25,060 bases of DNA from an uncultured Fidelibacterota bacterium. GTDB lineage: Bacteria; Fidelibacterota; Marinisomatia; Marinisomatales; TCS55. Every line of letters begins with the position of its first letter. The first letter of the stretch is position 1. The stretch is taken from assembly GCA_937910355.1 (NCBI GenBank), contig CALEPA010000116.1, positions 1 to 25,060 of the forward strand, read 5' to 3'. Made by a program: the position numbers and the translations under genes. Positions 1 through 8,959 of this stretch are shown piece by piece. The notes beneath the pieces were generated by a model. The model was not told where the DNA came from and did not search any database. It saw nothing but the letters and a program-made list of their open reading frames with translations.

Positions 1-1209
1 TATCTGAAAGAATCTTTGATTTATTCTGAATAGGGGAATAAATAGCCACAAATATAATAGTGCTCCCACCCAGCCATATTCTAGGCTCATAGTTACCCAT
101 TGTGATTTGCCGTAACTGATGGGAAGGGATTTGCGAATGTCACTTTCATATTCTTTAAAATGGCTTGGGGCAAGACTTCCGGGACCGAATCCCAATAGAA
201 AATTCGAGGGATTCTCTTTTGCTATTTCAAACGCTGTTATCAAAGCTGATGTTCTGCCTACTGCTTTGCCCGTTTCGGAACTGTGTGCAGTGGAGTAAGA
301 AGATGAATAATCCAATAAATAATGAGGATCCTTAAACGTGGGATTTAGAGATGGAACAAAGTAAACACTAGCCAAGAATCCAACCATAAGGAAAGGAGCT
401 ACAAAAGACACTTTTGCAAAATTTCTTTTCCCTGTTTGCCAGAAAAGGAAAAGAAAGAGTAAGGTTCCAAAAAAAGGGAAAGCTCTTTTGCCACCTATGA
501 TAGAAAATAGAACAAAACATAAAGATAGAAATATATATCGAAAACGCGGCTTTTCGAATAAAAAGAACCCCAAAAAGATACTTATGGCTATCAAAGGTAA
601 TATTGTTGAAGGAACTCCCCCATGAACTGCATAGGTCCCAATGGCAGATTCACCCTGACCGTAAATCTTCATTTTAACCAATGCCACGGGTACTTGAACG
701 AGAAGAAGAACGATGAAGATTCTTATCATTCGTTTAAAGAATCGTTCGTTGGGATTCAGATTAATAAGCAGGACAAACATTATAATATATTTAAGGTCAT
801 ATCTAAAAGCTATAATAGTGGTTTCTATTTTTTGCGCATTAAAAAGCGTGGATAGAATTGCCCAGAATATGAATAGCAAAATGGGCAAATCGATGGGAGT
901 CGGGATGAATATTTTGTCTTTTGCGCGTAAATTGCCAACCTTAATGATAAGAATAAGTAAAATCACTTCAGGAAGCAAAGTCATTTGAGGAGGAATCAAA
1001 CCTAATTGCATGAACCAATCAGAAAAAAATACACTGAATATTATTATATAAAAGCCAATATTGGGATTTTCAAATATTACTATCCCCAAAATTACCATAA
1101 AAAACAAAATCCATAAGTATGGATTGTTTTTTATAACTATTATTGAAATAAAACTACTAAAAATAAAAATAAAAATAAATTTTAAATTTTTTAGTATCAG
1201 ATTTTTCAC
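1..1209 (-). CDS. O-antigen ligase / Wzy-like polysaccharide polymerase family integral membrane protein, partial (3' end lies beyond the window start). The start codon is uncertain: GTG at 1209, or ATG at 1098 in the same frame.
   Basis: Translating the minus strand by hand gives an open frame from about 1209 down to position 1 with no stop. The product is very hydrophobic with repeated TM-like stretches, and has a region (...GGKRAFPFFGTLLFLF..., ...AVGRTSALITAFEIAKENPSNFLLGFGPGS...) that resembles the Wzy_C/O-antigen-ligase periplasmic loop. It is not in the ORF table because it is partial. It sits at the 3' end of a polysaccharide locus. Confidence 0.45.
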   Translation of the reverse strand, partial: MKNLILKNLKFIFIFIFSSFISIIVIKNNPYLWILFFMVILGIVIFENPNIGFYIIIFSVFFSDWFMQLGLIPPQMTLLPEVILLILIIKVGNLRAKDKIFIPTPIDLPILLFIFWAILSTLFNAQKIETTIIAFRYDLKYIIMFVLLINLNPNERFFKRMIRIFIVLLLVQVPVALVKMKIYGQGESAIGTYAVHGGVPSTILPLIAISIFLGFFLFEKPRFRYIFLSLCFVLFSIIGGKRAFPFFGTLLFLFLFWQTGKRNFAKVSFVAPFLMVGFLASVYFVPSLNPTFKDPHYLLDYSSSYSTAHSSETGKAVGRTSALITAFEIAKENPSNFLLGFGPGSLAPSHFKEYESDIRKSLPISYGKSQWVTMSLEYGWVGALLYLWLFIPLFRINQRFFQI

Positions 1210-1229
1210 ATCATATGATTCATTTAGTT

Positions 1230-2270
1230 CTATTTGAAATTTATAAGAGACAGGATTTTATTGGTTATAAACGATTTTAGTTCTAATTTATCTCCAAAAT
1301 TAAAGTCGATATTTTCTTTTTTAATGACTTTGATTTTTCGAATATCTTTTTCTTCATCTATAAAAAACAATTTATTATTTCTTTCCAAATATCTATCTAC
1401 TGCTCCCTTCGGCCCCCTAAAGATACTGTATGCCGGGACCCCCAAAGCAACTGCTTCTCTAACCATTGTTCCACCGCCACTAATAACTAAATCGGAATGA
1501 TATATTAGATTCAATCCATTTATTACCTGTGAGGGAATAAGGAGCTTGCCATTTGTATTTCCAATGAATTCATATATTCTATCTTTTTCCTTCTTTCGCC
1601 TTGTCAAAATAATGATTTTGATAGTTTTCTTTTTAATTAGATAATTTAAAACCGCCCAAAACAACTTTTCACTTTCAGGGCTCTGATAATGCGCTTCCAT
1701 AGCAGGTGGTCTAATCGTGACTAAAATGTCTTTTTGTCTCAATTTCAATTGCTGGTAAATCTGATCATTGGGAATAAAATCTTCTATATATACATATTCT
1801 TTTAATCCGGAATATTTTATGACTTTTTTTAATTCAAAGCCCTTTTGTTTGATTATATCATTTGGAATATAGTTACTAAGAAATATTTTGGTGGCAAATC
1901 GTTTAGAAATTTTATGATCAGGCGGATGTTCGTAATCATTCAAAAAAATAGAGGGAATGCCCAATAGATAGGCCGATATTGATTGATAGGGAGAACCATG
2001 GCTAATTGCCAGGTCAAATCTGTATCGATGTGCAAAATACGATAATTGAATAACTCTTATGAATAATCCATAAAATTTATAAATATTGTATTTGCCATAA
2101 TGTTTTCCTATTGAATGGAATTTTATGTGAAACTGTTTACATAGGTCGTCCACCTGATATTCATTCCGCGTTGTAACGACCGTTTCTATACCAACTTTCT
2201 CAAATTCTTCTATCAATGGTCTAAAAAAAAGTACATGTGGCGGATGAGTTATGTCAATCCAGAATTTCAT
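1230..2270 (-). CDS. DUF354 family protein (GT-B fold, putative glycosyltransferase or lipid-disaccharide-synthase-like)
   Basis: A 346-aa ORF. Its N-terminus, MKFWIDITHPPHVLFF...AISHGSPY...GIPSIFLNDYEH, matches the DUF354 signature I remember (MKIWIDI.hP.HVhFF). A Gly-rich C-terminal motif, SGGGTMVREAVALGVPA, is typical of GT-B donor-binding domains. Confidence 0.6.
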   Translation of the reverse strand: MKFWIDITHPPHVLFFRPLIEEFEKVGIETVVTTRNEYQVDDLCKQFHIKFHSIGKHYGKYNIYKFYGLFIRVIQLSYFAHRYRFDLAISHGSPYQSISAYLLGIPSIFLNDYEHPPDHKISKRFATKIFLSNYIPNDIIKQKGFELKKVIKYSGLKEYVYIEDFIPNDQIYQQLKLRQKDILVTIRPPAMEAHYQSPESEKLFWAVLNYLIKKKTIKIIILTRRKKEKDRIYEFIGNTNGKLLIPSQVINGLNLIYHSDLVISGGGTMVREAVALGVPAYSIFRGPKGAVDRYLERNNKLFFIDEEKDIRKIKVIKKENIDFNFGDKLELKSFITNKILSLINFK

Positions 2271-2603
2271 GCATCAAGCCTAAGTTTTATGGGGTAATTT
2301 CGGGTAAAAAATGATGTCATTAAAATGATGTAAATATCTTATAATTTTTCTACGAATTACCATTGAAAATTCTCTATATGACAAAAGCCTTTTTAAAATA
2401 TTTGCCATCGGTCCTTTTAGTAAAAGACGGATATTCATTTTGATTAAGCATTAACAATTGAGTCCCCTTCAAATAGATTTTAGCTTCGAATTTCTCGAAT
2501 TTTTACGAATTGATTTTAATGAATTTATGTTGGCAAAATTTGTGCAATTCGTGATTATTAGAGAGTTTTCATGATTGTTTTAATATTTTTTAATTCTTCC
2601 AAT

Positions 2604-4061
2604 TTATCTGGTTAATATCATCTCCATATTTTTTACAAAATATTTTTTACCAGGTGTATCGGATCTGTTGGAAAATTCCATATGGCATATATATATTCCT
2701 GATGACACGGACCGTCCATAGTCATTTGTTCCGTCCCAAATAACATGATGAGTTCCCGCCTCTTTAACTGCATTTTCAAGTAATTTTATTTTTTTGCCAG
2801 AAAGATTAAAGACCTTTAATGTGACATGACCGCTTTGAGGAAGTTCGTAATTGATGGCTGTAATCGGATTAAATGGATTAGGATAATTCTGTTGTAACTC
2901 AATGTATTTAGGATTAGTTATCACAACTTCGATAGTTTTTGAATAATTAAACGTACCATCCAAATTAATTTGCTTCAATCGATAGTAATAGGTACCAGAC
3001 CTTAACTTTTTGTCAGCAAAATTATAGTTATGGGGTTCTTCTGATGTTCCGAATCCTTTAATAAAAGATATCTTTGAAAACGTATTCTCAGGACTCTTTC
3101 TCTCAATTTCAAATCCCAAATTGTTCGTTTCCGTAACCGTACGCCAGGTTAAGAATACATTATTGTTTCTGACTTTGAAATCAAAAGAAGAAAGCTCGAC
3201 AGGAAGAGCTACAACCCTATCTAATCGAGTGAAAATTCTGGCGTTGGTAAAATTATCATTTGATTCCCCGGTATGACTGGCAACCCTTACAATTAATCCC
3301 AGATTTTTGGCTAACCAATTGTAATTTATTATTCGAGATTTTTTTGTTCGTATTGGAACGCCGTCCAGAGTAATCTGTTCATTCATAAATACATATGACT
3401 TCATTCTTAAACAATTAAATATGCCCGATGGTATTGTTACTTTTCCCCATGCATCAATTATTGAAAAGGCACTATCATTAACTGTTAAGGTGAATACATG
3501 CGTATTTCCTCCAATGGTAGTATCCTTTGATATACTGAAAATTGAGGTAGTTATCCATGAATCCAAATATTGAGTGGGTAAGGATTGTAATATGACATTT
3601 GGGGGAGCGAATTGGGCTGACCCAGATAAATATGGAGAGACAAATCCTGTTCCGAGAATTAGGACATGTGCCTGTCCAATATTTTGATAAAAATATACAT
3701 CACCTTTAATTTGGGGAAAAATATCGCTGTAGATCATATCAAGCAGTCCACCGCTGTATTTAATAACCCAGTTTCCATCTGGAAAATCTGAAGCAAATGG
3801 AGTGGATTCCAGAGGGACAACCTGCGAAGAAAGTTCAGAACCCGATATTTCCTGAGTAAAATTCCATGTTTGATTTTCTCCCGGATATCCCACGTCAACA
3901 ATGGCATTTTCTGTGGTATCATACTGGCTGATCATGGTCGTGCCAATTCTCGATGGTAATTCATTTTCGTTGATGACGATTTGTCCCAAACCGGGAATCG
4001 TAATTGCGAAAAAAGAAAATATTATGATAAAAATTGCGAGTTTTTTTGTGTTTTGGTTCAT
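2604..4061 (-). CDS. Secreted protein carrying a type IX secretion system (T9SS) C-terminal sorting domain
   Basis: It has an N-terminal signal peptide (MNQNTKKLAIFIIIFSFFAITIPG). The last ~90 aa (QNYPNPFNPITAINYELPQSGHVTLKVFNLSGKKIKLL...AGTHHVIWDGTNDYGRSVSSGIYIC) fit the Por_Secre_tail/TIGR04183 pattern. Confidence 0.7.
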   Translation of the reverse strand: MNQNTKKLAIFIIIFSFFAITIPGLGQIVINENELPSRIGTTMISQYDTTENAIVDVGYPGENQTWNFTQEISGSELSSQVVPLESTPFASDFPDGNWVIKYSGGLLDMIYSDIFPQIKGDVYFYQNIGQAHVLILGTGFVSPYLSGSAQFAPPNVILQSLPTQYLDSWITTSIFSISKDTTIGGNTHVFTLTVNDSAFSIIDAWGKVTIPSGIFNCLRMKSYVFMNEQITLDGVPIRTKKSRIINYNWLAKNLGLIVRVASHTGESNDNFTNARIFTRLDRVVALPVELSSFDFKVRNNNVFLTWRTVTETNNLGFEIERKSPENTFSKISFIKGFGTSEEPHNYNFADKKLRSGTYYYRLKQINLDGTFNYSKTIEVVITNPKYIELQQNYPNPFNPITAINYELPQSGHVTLKVFNLSGKKIKLLENAVKEAGTHHVIWDGTNDYGRSVSSGIYICHMEFSNRSDTPGKKYFVKNMEMILTR

Positions 4062-4215
4062 GATAGCCTCGAGTTAAAGTTTGCGATGTCTGTAAATTAA
4101 AAGAAAAATAAGTGGATTTAACGATACTCAATGTGTTATCAGGAGGAATCACCCAAACAGTCTTGCAATCCAAAATAAACAGTAATTAGAATAAGAGATT
4201 TCTGCGCTAATTCAA

Positions 4216-5229
4216 TCAGTGAGCTACCGCAAAAGTTTTTGTATTAATGGAAAGTTTTGAATGTTTATTTTTATTCTTCTGTTCACTTAGCCATTCATAT
4301 GTTTTTACAATGCCAGTCTGTAAATTTGTCTTCGGAATCCATCTTAATGTTTTACGAATTTTTTCAATATTTAGAACTCTTCTTCGAATATTGTCAATAT
4401 CTCGCCTGTCAATATGTACTATTTTTGTGTGATTACCACATGTATCAATGATTATTTTTGCCAGATCATTGATATATGTTTCTCTGCCGGAACCCACATT
4501 AAAAACTTCGCCAATGGCTTTTGGTGAATGGGCGGCCAAGAGAGTGGCTTCAACAACATCCTCCACATAAGTGAAATCCCTTGTTTGATCTCCATCTCCG
4601 TGAATGTGGATATCCTTTTCCTCTATTGCATCGTTTAAAAATCTCGAAATAACGCCACAATAGGGATTCTCAGGGTTTTGTTTAATCCCATACACATTGG
4701 AGTATCTGACAATCGAAATTGGCAAATTATAAGTTTCGTAAAATGCGAAACAATAGTTTTCACCGGTTAGCTTGCTTGCTGCATAAGGATTTAGAATGTT
4801 TGTCCGGTCTATCTCATTAATTGGCAGATATAATGGGTTTCCATAAATTGAGGCGGAAGAGGAGAAAACAACTCTTTCGATGTTATGCTTTCTGGCTGAC
4901 ATGAGGATATTAAACATTCCACCTGCATTTACATTGAAATCAAGCTTCGGAGATTTGGTGGAAACAATGATATTTCTAACCGCAAGATTAAAGACAATAT
5001 CTACTTTACAAACTAATTGATCAACAAGTTTCTCATCTTCCACTGACCCTTTTATGAAAGTTATTTGATCAAGACAATCAATATTGTCTAAGTCTCCAGT
5101 AAACAAATTGTCCAAAACGATAACATTCGCTTCTTCTTTTACAAGTTGGCTTACGAGATTAGAACCAATAAAACCAGCTCCCCCTGCGACGAGCACATTC
5201 TTATTTAAGAATCTCATTTCATCCCTCAT
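4216..5229 (-). CDS. NAD-dependent sugar-nucleotide epimerase/dehydratase (extended SDR family)
   Basis: It has a Rossmann motif, VLVAGGAGFIGSNLV, and a catalytic YxxxK (YAASK). Its 337-aa length is typical for UDP-sugar 4-epimerase-like enzymes. Confidence 0.8.
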   Translation of the reverse strand: MRDEMRFLNKNVLVAGGAGFIGSNLVSQLVKEEANVIVLDNLFTGDLDNIDCLDQITFIKGSVEDEKLVDQLVCKVDIVFNLAVRNIIVSTKSPKLDFNVNAGGMFNILMSARKHNIERVVFSSSASIYGNPLYLPINEIDRTNILNPYAASKLTGENYCFAFYETYNLPISIVRYSNVYGIKQNPENPYCGVISRFLNDAIEEKDIHIHGDGDQTRDFTYVEDVVEATLLAAHSPKAIGEVFNVGSGRETYINDLAKIIIDTCGNHTKIVHIDRRDIDNIRRRVLNIEKIRKTLRWIPKTNLQTGIVKTYEWLSEQKNKNKHSKLSINTKTFAVAH

Positions 5230-5248
5230 GTTTGTAGGTTTTAGAATG

Positions 5249-6439
5249 TTAGTAAGAATTTTTTAATAGCAAGACCATAGGAATTGTATACAAGATTATT
5301 TTTATATCTAACATCAAATTCCAGTTTTCAGCATATCGAATATCATATCTCATTGCTTCGTCATAATTCACAGGTGTACACCGAAGATGAATTTTTGATA
5401 ACCCTGTAATTCCTGGTAAAACTTGCAGTCGCTTATAATACCACAATTGATATTTCTCTATCTCGTATATTGGGTGAGGTCTGGGGCCTACTAAACTCAT
5501 ATCACCTTTTAAAACATTCCATAACTGCGGAAGTTCGTCTAAGCTTGTTTTTCTTAAGATTTTTCCTGCCCAGGTAATTCGGGCGCTAATTTGTTTTTTG
5601 TATTTTTCCACCAAGTTCGTTTTCTTTATTGTTTCGCGTCCTTTCCCCAACAGGGTGTCAATATATTGTTTGTGGAGAGAATTGGAGTGACTTACTCTTA
5701 ATGTTCTAAATTTATATAAAATAAAAGTAGTGCCTTGATGGCCAATTCTTTCCTGTTTAAAAAGTATTGGGCCCGGAGAACTTATTTTTATCAATAGAAA
5801 AATTAATAAAAATAAGGGGGAAAAAAGTATCAAACCTACAATGGATCCAATTATATCTATTAAACGCTTTAGTAAAAATTGAATATACAAACTACTATCA
5901 GAGATATCTTCCAATAGGCTTATTCCAATTGTATTGTAAGCAATCACACCTATTCCCATTTGATATCCTTGAACTAAATATTTTTGCTTAAACGACAAAT
6001 CTTTTAAGAAATTAGTTTTAACTTCTATTGTTTTTTTTTGAATATTTGGTTTTTGGATAGAATTATCTAACGAATAAAAATCGTCGGCTGAGTTTGAGAC
6101 TTGAAAATCTAAATTTTTTACATTGATTTTTTCTTTAATTATTACTTTACTGAACTTTTTAATTGCAAGTTTAGCTTGCGCTTTGTTAGTATTTGCTAAA
6201 AGAATAAATATATTGTTGTTACCGACATAAAGTGTATCTGTCTTTCTAATTTGATGAGAAATTAAATTTCCAATTGTATTTAGTAACATTGCACTATTAG
6301 AATTATTTAGACTTCCATTGTTCCCTTGTATTCGAACAATTGAATAATGATGATTAAATCTTTCCAACCTATTTTGTTCAATATTCAGCCTTTCAATAAA
6401 GTAAGAATGGTCGTGAATTTTATCTATATTTGCAAACAT
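5249..6439 (-). CDS. Polyprenyl-phosphate sugar-1-phosphate transferase (initiating 'bacterial sugar transferase', PglC/WbaP C-terminal type) with an extra ~190-aa N-terminal cytoplasmic domain
   Basis: The C-terminal ~200 aa has one TM helix followed by ...PGPILFKQERIG..G..F..YKFRTL...SLDELPQLWNVLKGDMSLVGPRP..., the PF02397 hallmark. The N-terminal domain is unusual and is discussed in the findings. Confidence 0.8.
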   Translation of the reverse strand: MFANIDKIHDHSYFIERLNIEQNRLERFNHHYSIVRIQGNNGSLNNSNSAMLLNTIGNLISHQIRKTDTLYVGNNNIFILLANTNKAQAKLAIKKFSKVIIKEKINVKNLDFQVSNSADDFYSLDNSIQKPNIQKKTIEVKTNFLKDLSFKQKYLVQGYQMGIGVIAYNTIGISLLEDISDSSLYIQFLLKRLIDIIGSIVGLILFSPLFLLIFLLIKISSPGPILFKQERIGHQGTTFILYKFRTLRVSHSNSLHKQYIDTLLGKGRETIKKTNLVEKYKKQISARITWAGKILRKTSLDELPQLWNVLKGDMSLVGPRPHPIYEIEKYQLWYYKRLQVLPGITGLSKIHLRCTPVNYDEAMRYDIRYAENWNLMLDIKIILYTIPMVLLLKNSY

Positions 6440-6535
6440 ATTTTTCTCTTATTTGCCAAAATTCAAAAAAATACAGCTCCGCCATTTAAGTCACATAAAT
6501 GTGATATAGAATTTATGAATTAAAAACAGTGTCTT

Positions 6536-8959
6536 TTAATTGAAATAAATCTTTAAACCGACATTAGGTAAACGGGGCAAAGAATATCTTTTTTCTACAA
6601 TTGCATTGCCGTATTGATCTATGGAATAATCATGAAAATATAGAACATTTTTGTGGTTAAAAAGATTAATAACTTCTGCAAAAAATAAAAATTTACCCCA
6701 CTTTTTTTTAAATTCAGTGCTTATCCGTAAGTCAAATGTTATATACGGAGGATATTTTGCGGAATTTATGGTTCCTTTTTCAAATTCAAGTGTATTCTTA
6801 TTAAATTTTAGAGGGGTATATGAAAAGCCGCTTCCATAAATGTACTTAAAGCTTATTTTGATGCCCTTGTATAAATTCCAGCTATTAGCGAAAATGATTG
6901 TGTGCCTTTGATCATTATATCTATAATAATAAGGTATATTAATTCTTTTTTCTTTAGCAATAAGATAGCTGTAACTGATCAAAATATCTGTGAATGAAAA
7001 AGAATAAGAAAATTGGGTGTCAAATCCCTTAGAGAAACCTTTGGAATCGTTTTCTTTCGAAGAAATTATTCTGCCTGATATATTTTGTTTAGAAATAAGA
7101 TTGCTGTAATCCTTATAATAAATAGTTGTATTTAATATCAGCCTATTTTTTATATTCCAGTTTATTCCTAATATATAATGCATTGCTTTCTCATCTTTTG
7201 TGTTTTTTCTCGTCGGATATGGGTAATAGAGTTCATCAAAATAGGGAGACTGATAATAAACACCCCAGGAAAAAGAACTTTTCAGTTTATTTTTAATTGG
7301 GATTGAGATAGAAACTCGAGGGGATATATATAATCTTTTGTTCAATTCAAAATAATCAAGCCGTAATCCGAAATTTGAGAAAATTGATGAAGATATATGA
7401 AGATTGTGTTGTAAAAATCCTGATAATTTATAATAGGTTATATCGTTTTTGTGATTATTTATTTGTTGCTCGGTTGTATCTATCTTGAATAAAATATCAT
7501 CTATTTTTGAATCAAGATTAATACTTTTTTGGACAAAATTATTGTAATAATTATAATATTTACCTAAAATAATGGATATGCCGGATTCTATCTCTTGATT
7601 TTCTTGAATCTGTGTTAAAATTGAATTTTTAATTTGGAAATAAAATAATTTTGTAGAATTTGAATAATTGTTATTAAAGCACAATTTTTGAGTGCCAAGC
7701 TTTTCGTTTTTATGATCAAATAATACTCCATTTGATATGCTTTTTTTGTTTGAGAATTGAGTTTCTTTTTCATGCGAAAAAGATATGATATTTTTCATAT
7801 ATGATTTGGATGAAATCAAATATCTATGTTTTATACCAAACATATCGACTGAAGAATAATAGGACAAATTGGAAATTGTGGAATCTCGCCGAACCAAATA
7901 ATAGTCAGGCATTTTGCTTTTAAAGCCTTTAATTTTCGTGTGCATTGGCTCGGAATATTGATCTTTTGCGTTCAGATAGAAAAGCGATAAATTATGCCCA
8001 GGCGATATATTCAAATTCATTGTTCCGATAAAATCATAATAATCAGGAATTCCCTCGGATATAAATCTTTTTTTGCTTAAATTGAATCGATCTAAAATAT
8101 CCATCGCAAAGTGAAGATTGCTCCTATTTAAACTCAACATATAAGAAGCTTTTTTACCCAAAGGACCATTAATCAGAAGGTTTAAAAATGTTGGACTGAT
8201 TTCTATTAAAGATTTCATGTTTTTGGGGTTACCCTGCTTTAGGTGAATGTCCGACACGGAGGATAATTTATCGCCAAATTTGGCCGGGAATCCTCCATTG
8301 TAAAAGATCACCTTTTCTACAACATTAATATTGAAATAACTTATACTTGCAGTTGGCATCTCTTTTAAGTGAAATGGGTTGTGTATTTCCACGCCATTTA
8401 AATAGTATAAATTTTCATTACTTAATCCTCCCCTTGCAAAAAACTTACTTGATTTATTATTGTTTTCATTAACCCCAGGCAGCATTTGAATAGAACGATT
8501 TATATCATTTAGTGTGAATGGAACTTCTTTCATATAATTGCTATTTAGGATAGATCTACTTTTTTCCAGCTTTATTTTAGGATATTTATCCTTATTGGCC
8601 TTTTCTGAGAATACGATAACATTGGGCATTCGAAGTGCCCAAGGCACCAATTCGACATTCAGATAACAGGAATCTTGTGAATAGGTCGTTAAGTCTAAAT
8701 AAAATTTTTGTTTTTTATAACCAACCCGTGAGAATTCTATCTGGTACACTCCCTGAGGTAGTTCAATTTCAAAGCGGCCATTATTATCAGACATATCACC
8801 TTTTCTTTGGTCTATAACGCTTACATTTACAAGGCTTAATTTTTCATTTGTTTGTTTGTCCTTTACATAACCCCATACAACAATAAGATTTTTTGCAAGT
8901 CCAAGGGAAACTAATGAAGAAGTGAAAAACAAACAAATGAAAATTCTAAATATTTTCAT
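6536..8959 (-). CDS. TonB-dependent-receptor-like outer membrane protein (CarboxypepD_reg-like N-domain + plug + beta-barrel)
   Basis: It has a signal peptide. It has an N-terminal carboxypeptidase-regulatory-like beta-sandwich (VWGYVKD...NVSVID...DNNGRFEIELPQGVYQIEFSRVGYK). It has plug-like motifs (LPGV..., FARGG...NLYYLNGVEI, GGFPAKFGDKLSSVSDIHLKQG). The C-terminal half is long and rich in Tyr/Asn, consistent with a barrel. The gene overlaps the upstream Wzc gene by 4 bp. Confidence 0.55.
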   Translation of the reverse strand: MKIFRIFICLFFTSSLVSLGLAKNLIVVWGYVKDKQTNEKLSLVNVSVIDQRKGDMSDNNGRFEIELPQGVYQIEFSRVGYKKQKFYLDLTTYSQDSCYLNVELVPWALRMPNVIVFSEKANKDKYPKIKLEKSRSILNSNYMKEVPFTLNDINRSIQMLPGVNENNNKSSKFFARGGLSNENLYYLNGVEIHNPFHLKEMPTASISYFNINVVEKVIFYNGGFPAKFGDKLSSVSDIHLKQGNPKNMKSLIEISPTFLNLLINGPLGKKASYMLSLNRSNLHFAMDILDRFNLSKKRFISEGIPDYYDFIGTMNLNISPGHNLSLFYLNAKDQYSEPMHTKIKGFKSKMPDYYLVRRDSTISNLSYYSSVDMFGIKHRYLISSKSYMKNIISFSHEKETQFSNKKSISNGVLFDHKNEKLGTQKLCFNNNYSNSTKLFYFQIKNSILTQIQENQEIESGISIILGKYYNYYNNFVQKSINLDSKIDDILFKIDTTEQQINNHKNDITYYKLSGFLQHNLHISSSIFSNFGLRLDYFELNKRLYISPRVSISIPIKNKLKSSFSWGVYYQSPYFDELYYPYPTRKNTKDEKAMHYILGINWNIKNRLILNTTIYYKDYSNLISKQNISGRIISSKENDSKGFSKGFDTQFSYSFSFTDILISYSYLIAKEKRINIPYYYRYNDQRHTIIFANSWNLYKGIKISFKYIYGSGFSYTPLKFNKNTLEFEKGTINSAKYPPYITFDLRISTEFKKKWGKFLFFAEVINLFNHKNVLYFHDYSIDQYGNAIVEKRYSLPRLPNVGLKIYFN

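Noticed and set aside
622-988. Plus-strand ORFs of 77 and 91 aa
   Set aside because: They lie antisense to, and entirely within, the partial Wzy-like minus-strand gene. They are low-complexity AT-rich translations and likely spurious.
3734-4173. Small minus-strand ORFs of 62 and 70 aa
   Set aside because: They overlap the T9SS-protein gene or its start region in other frames and have no recognisable motifs.
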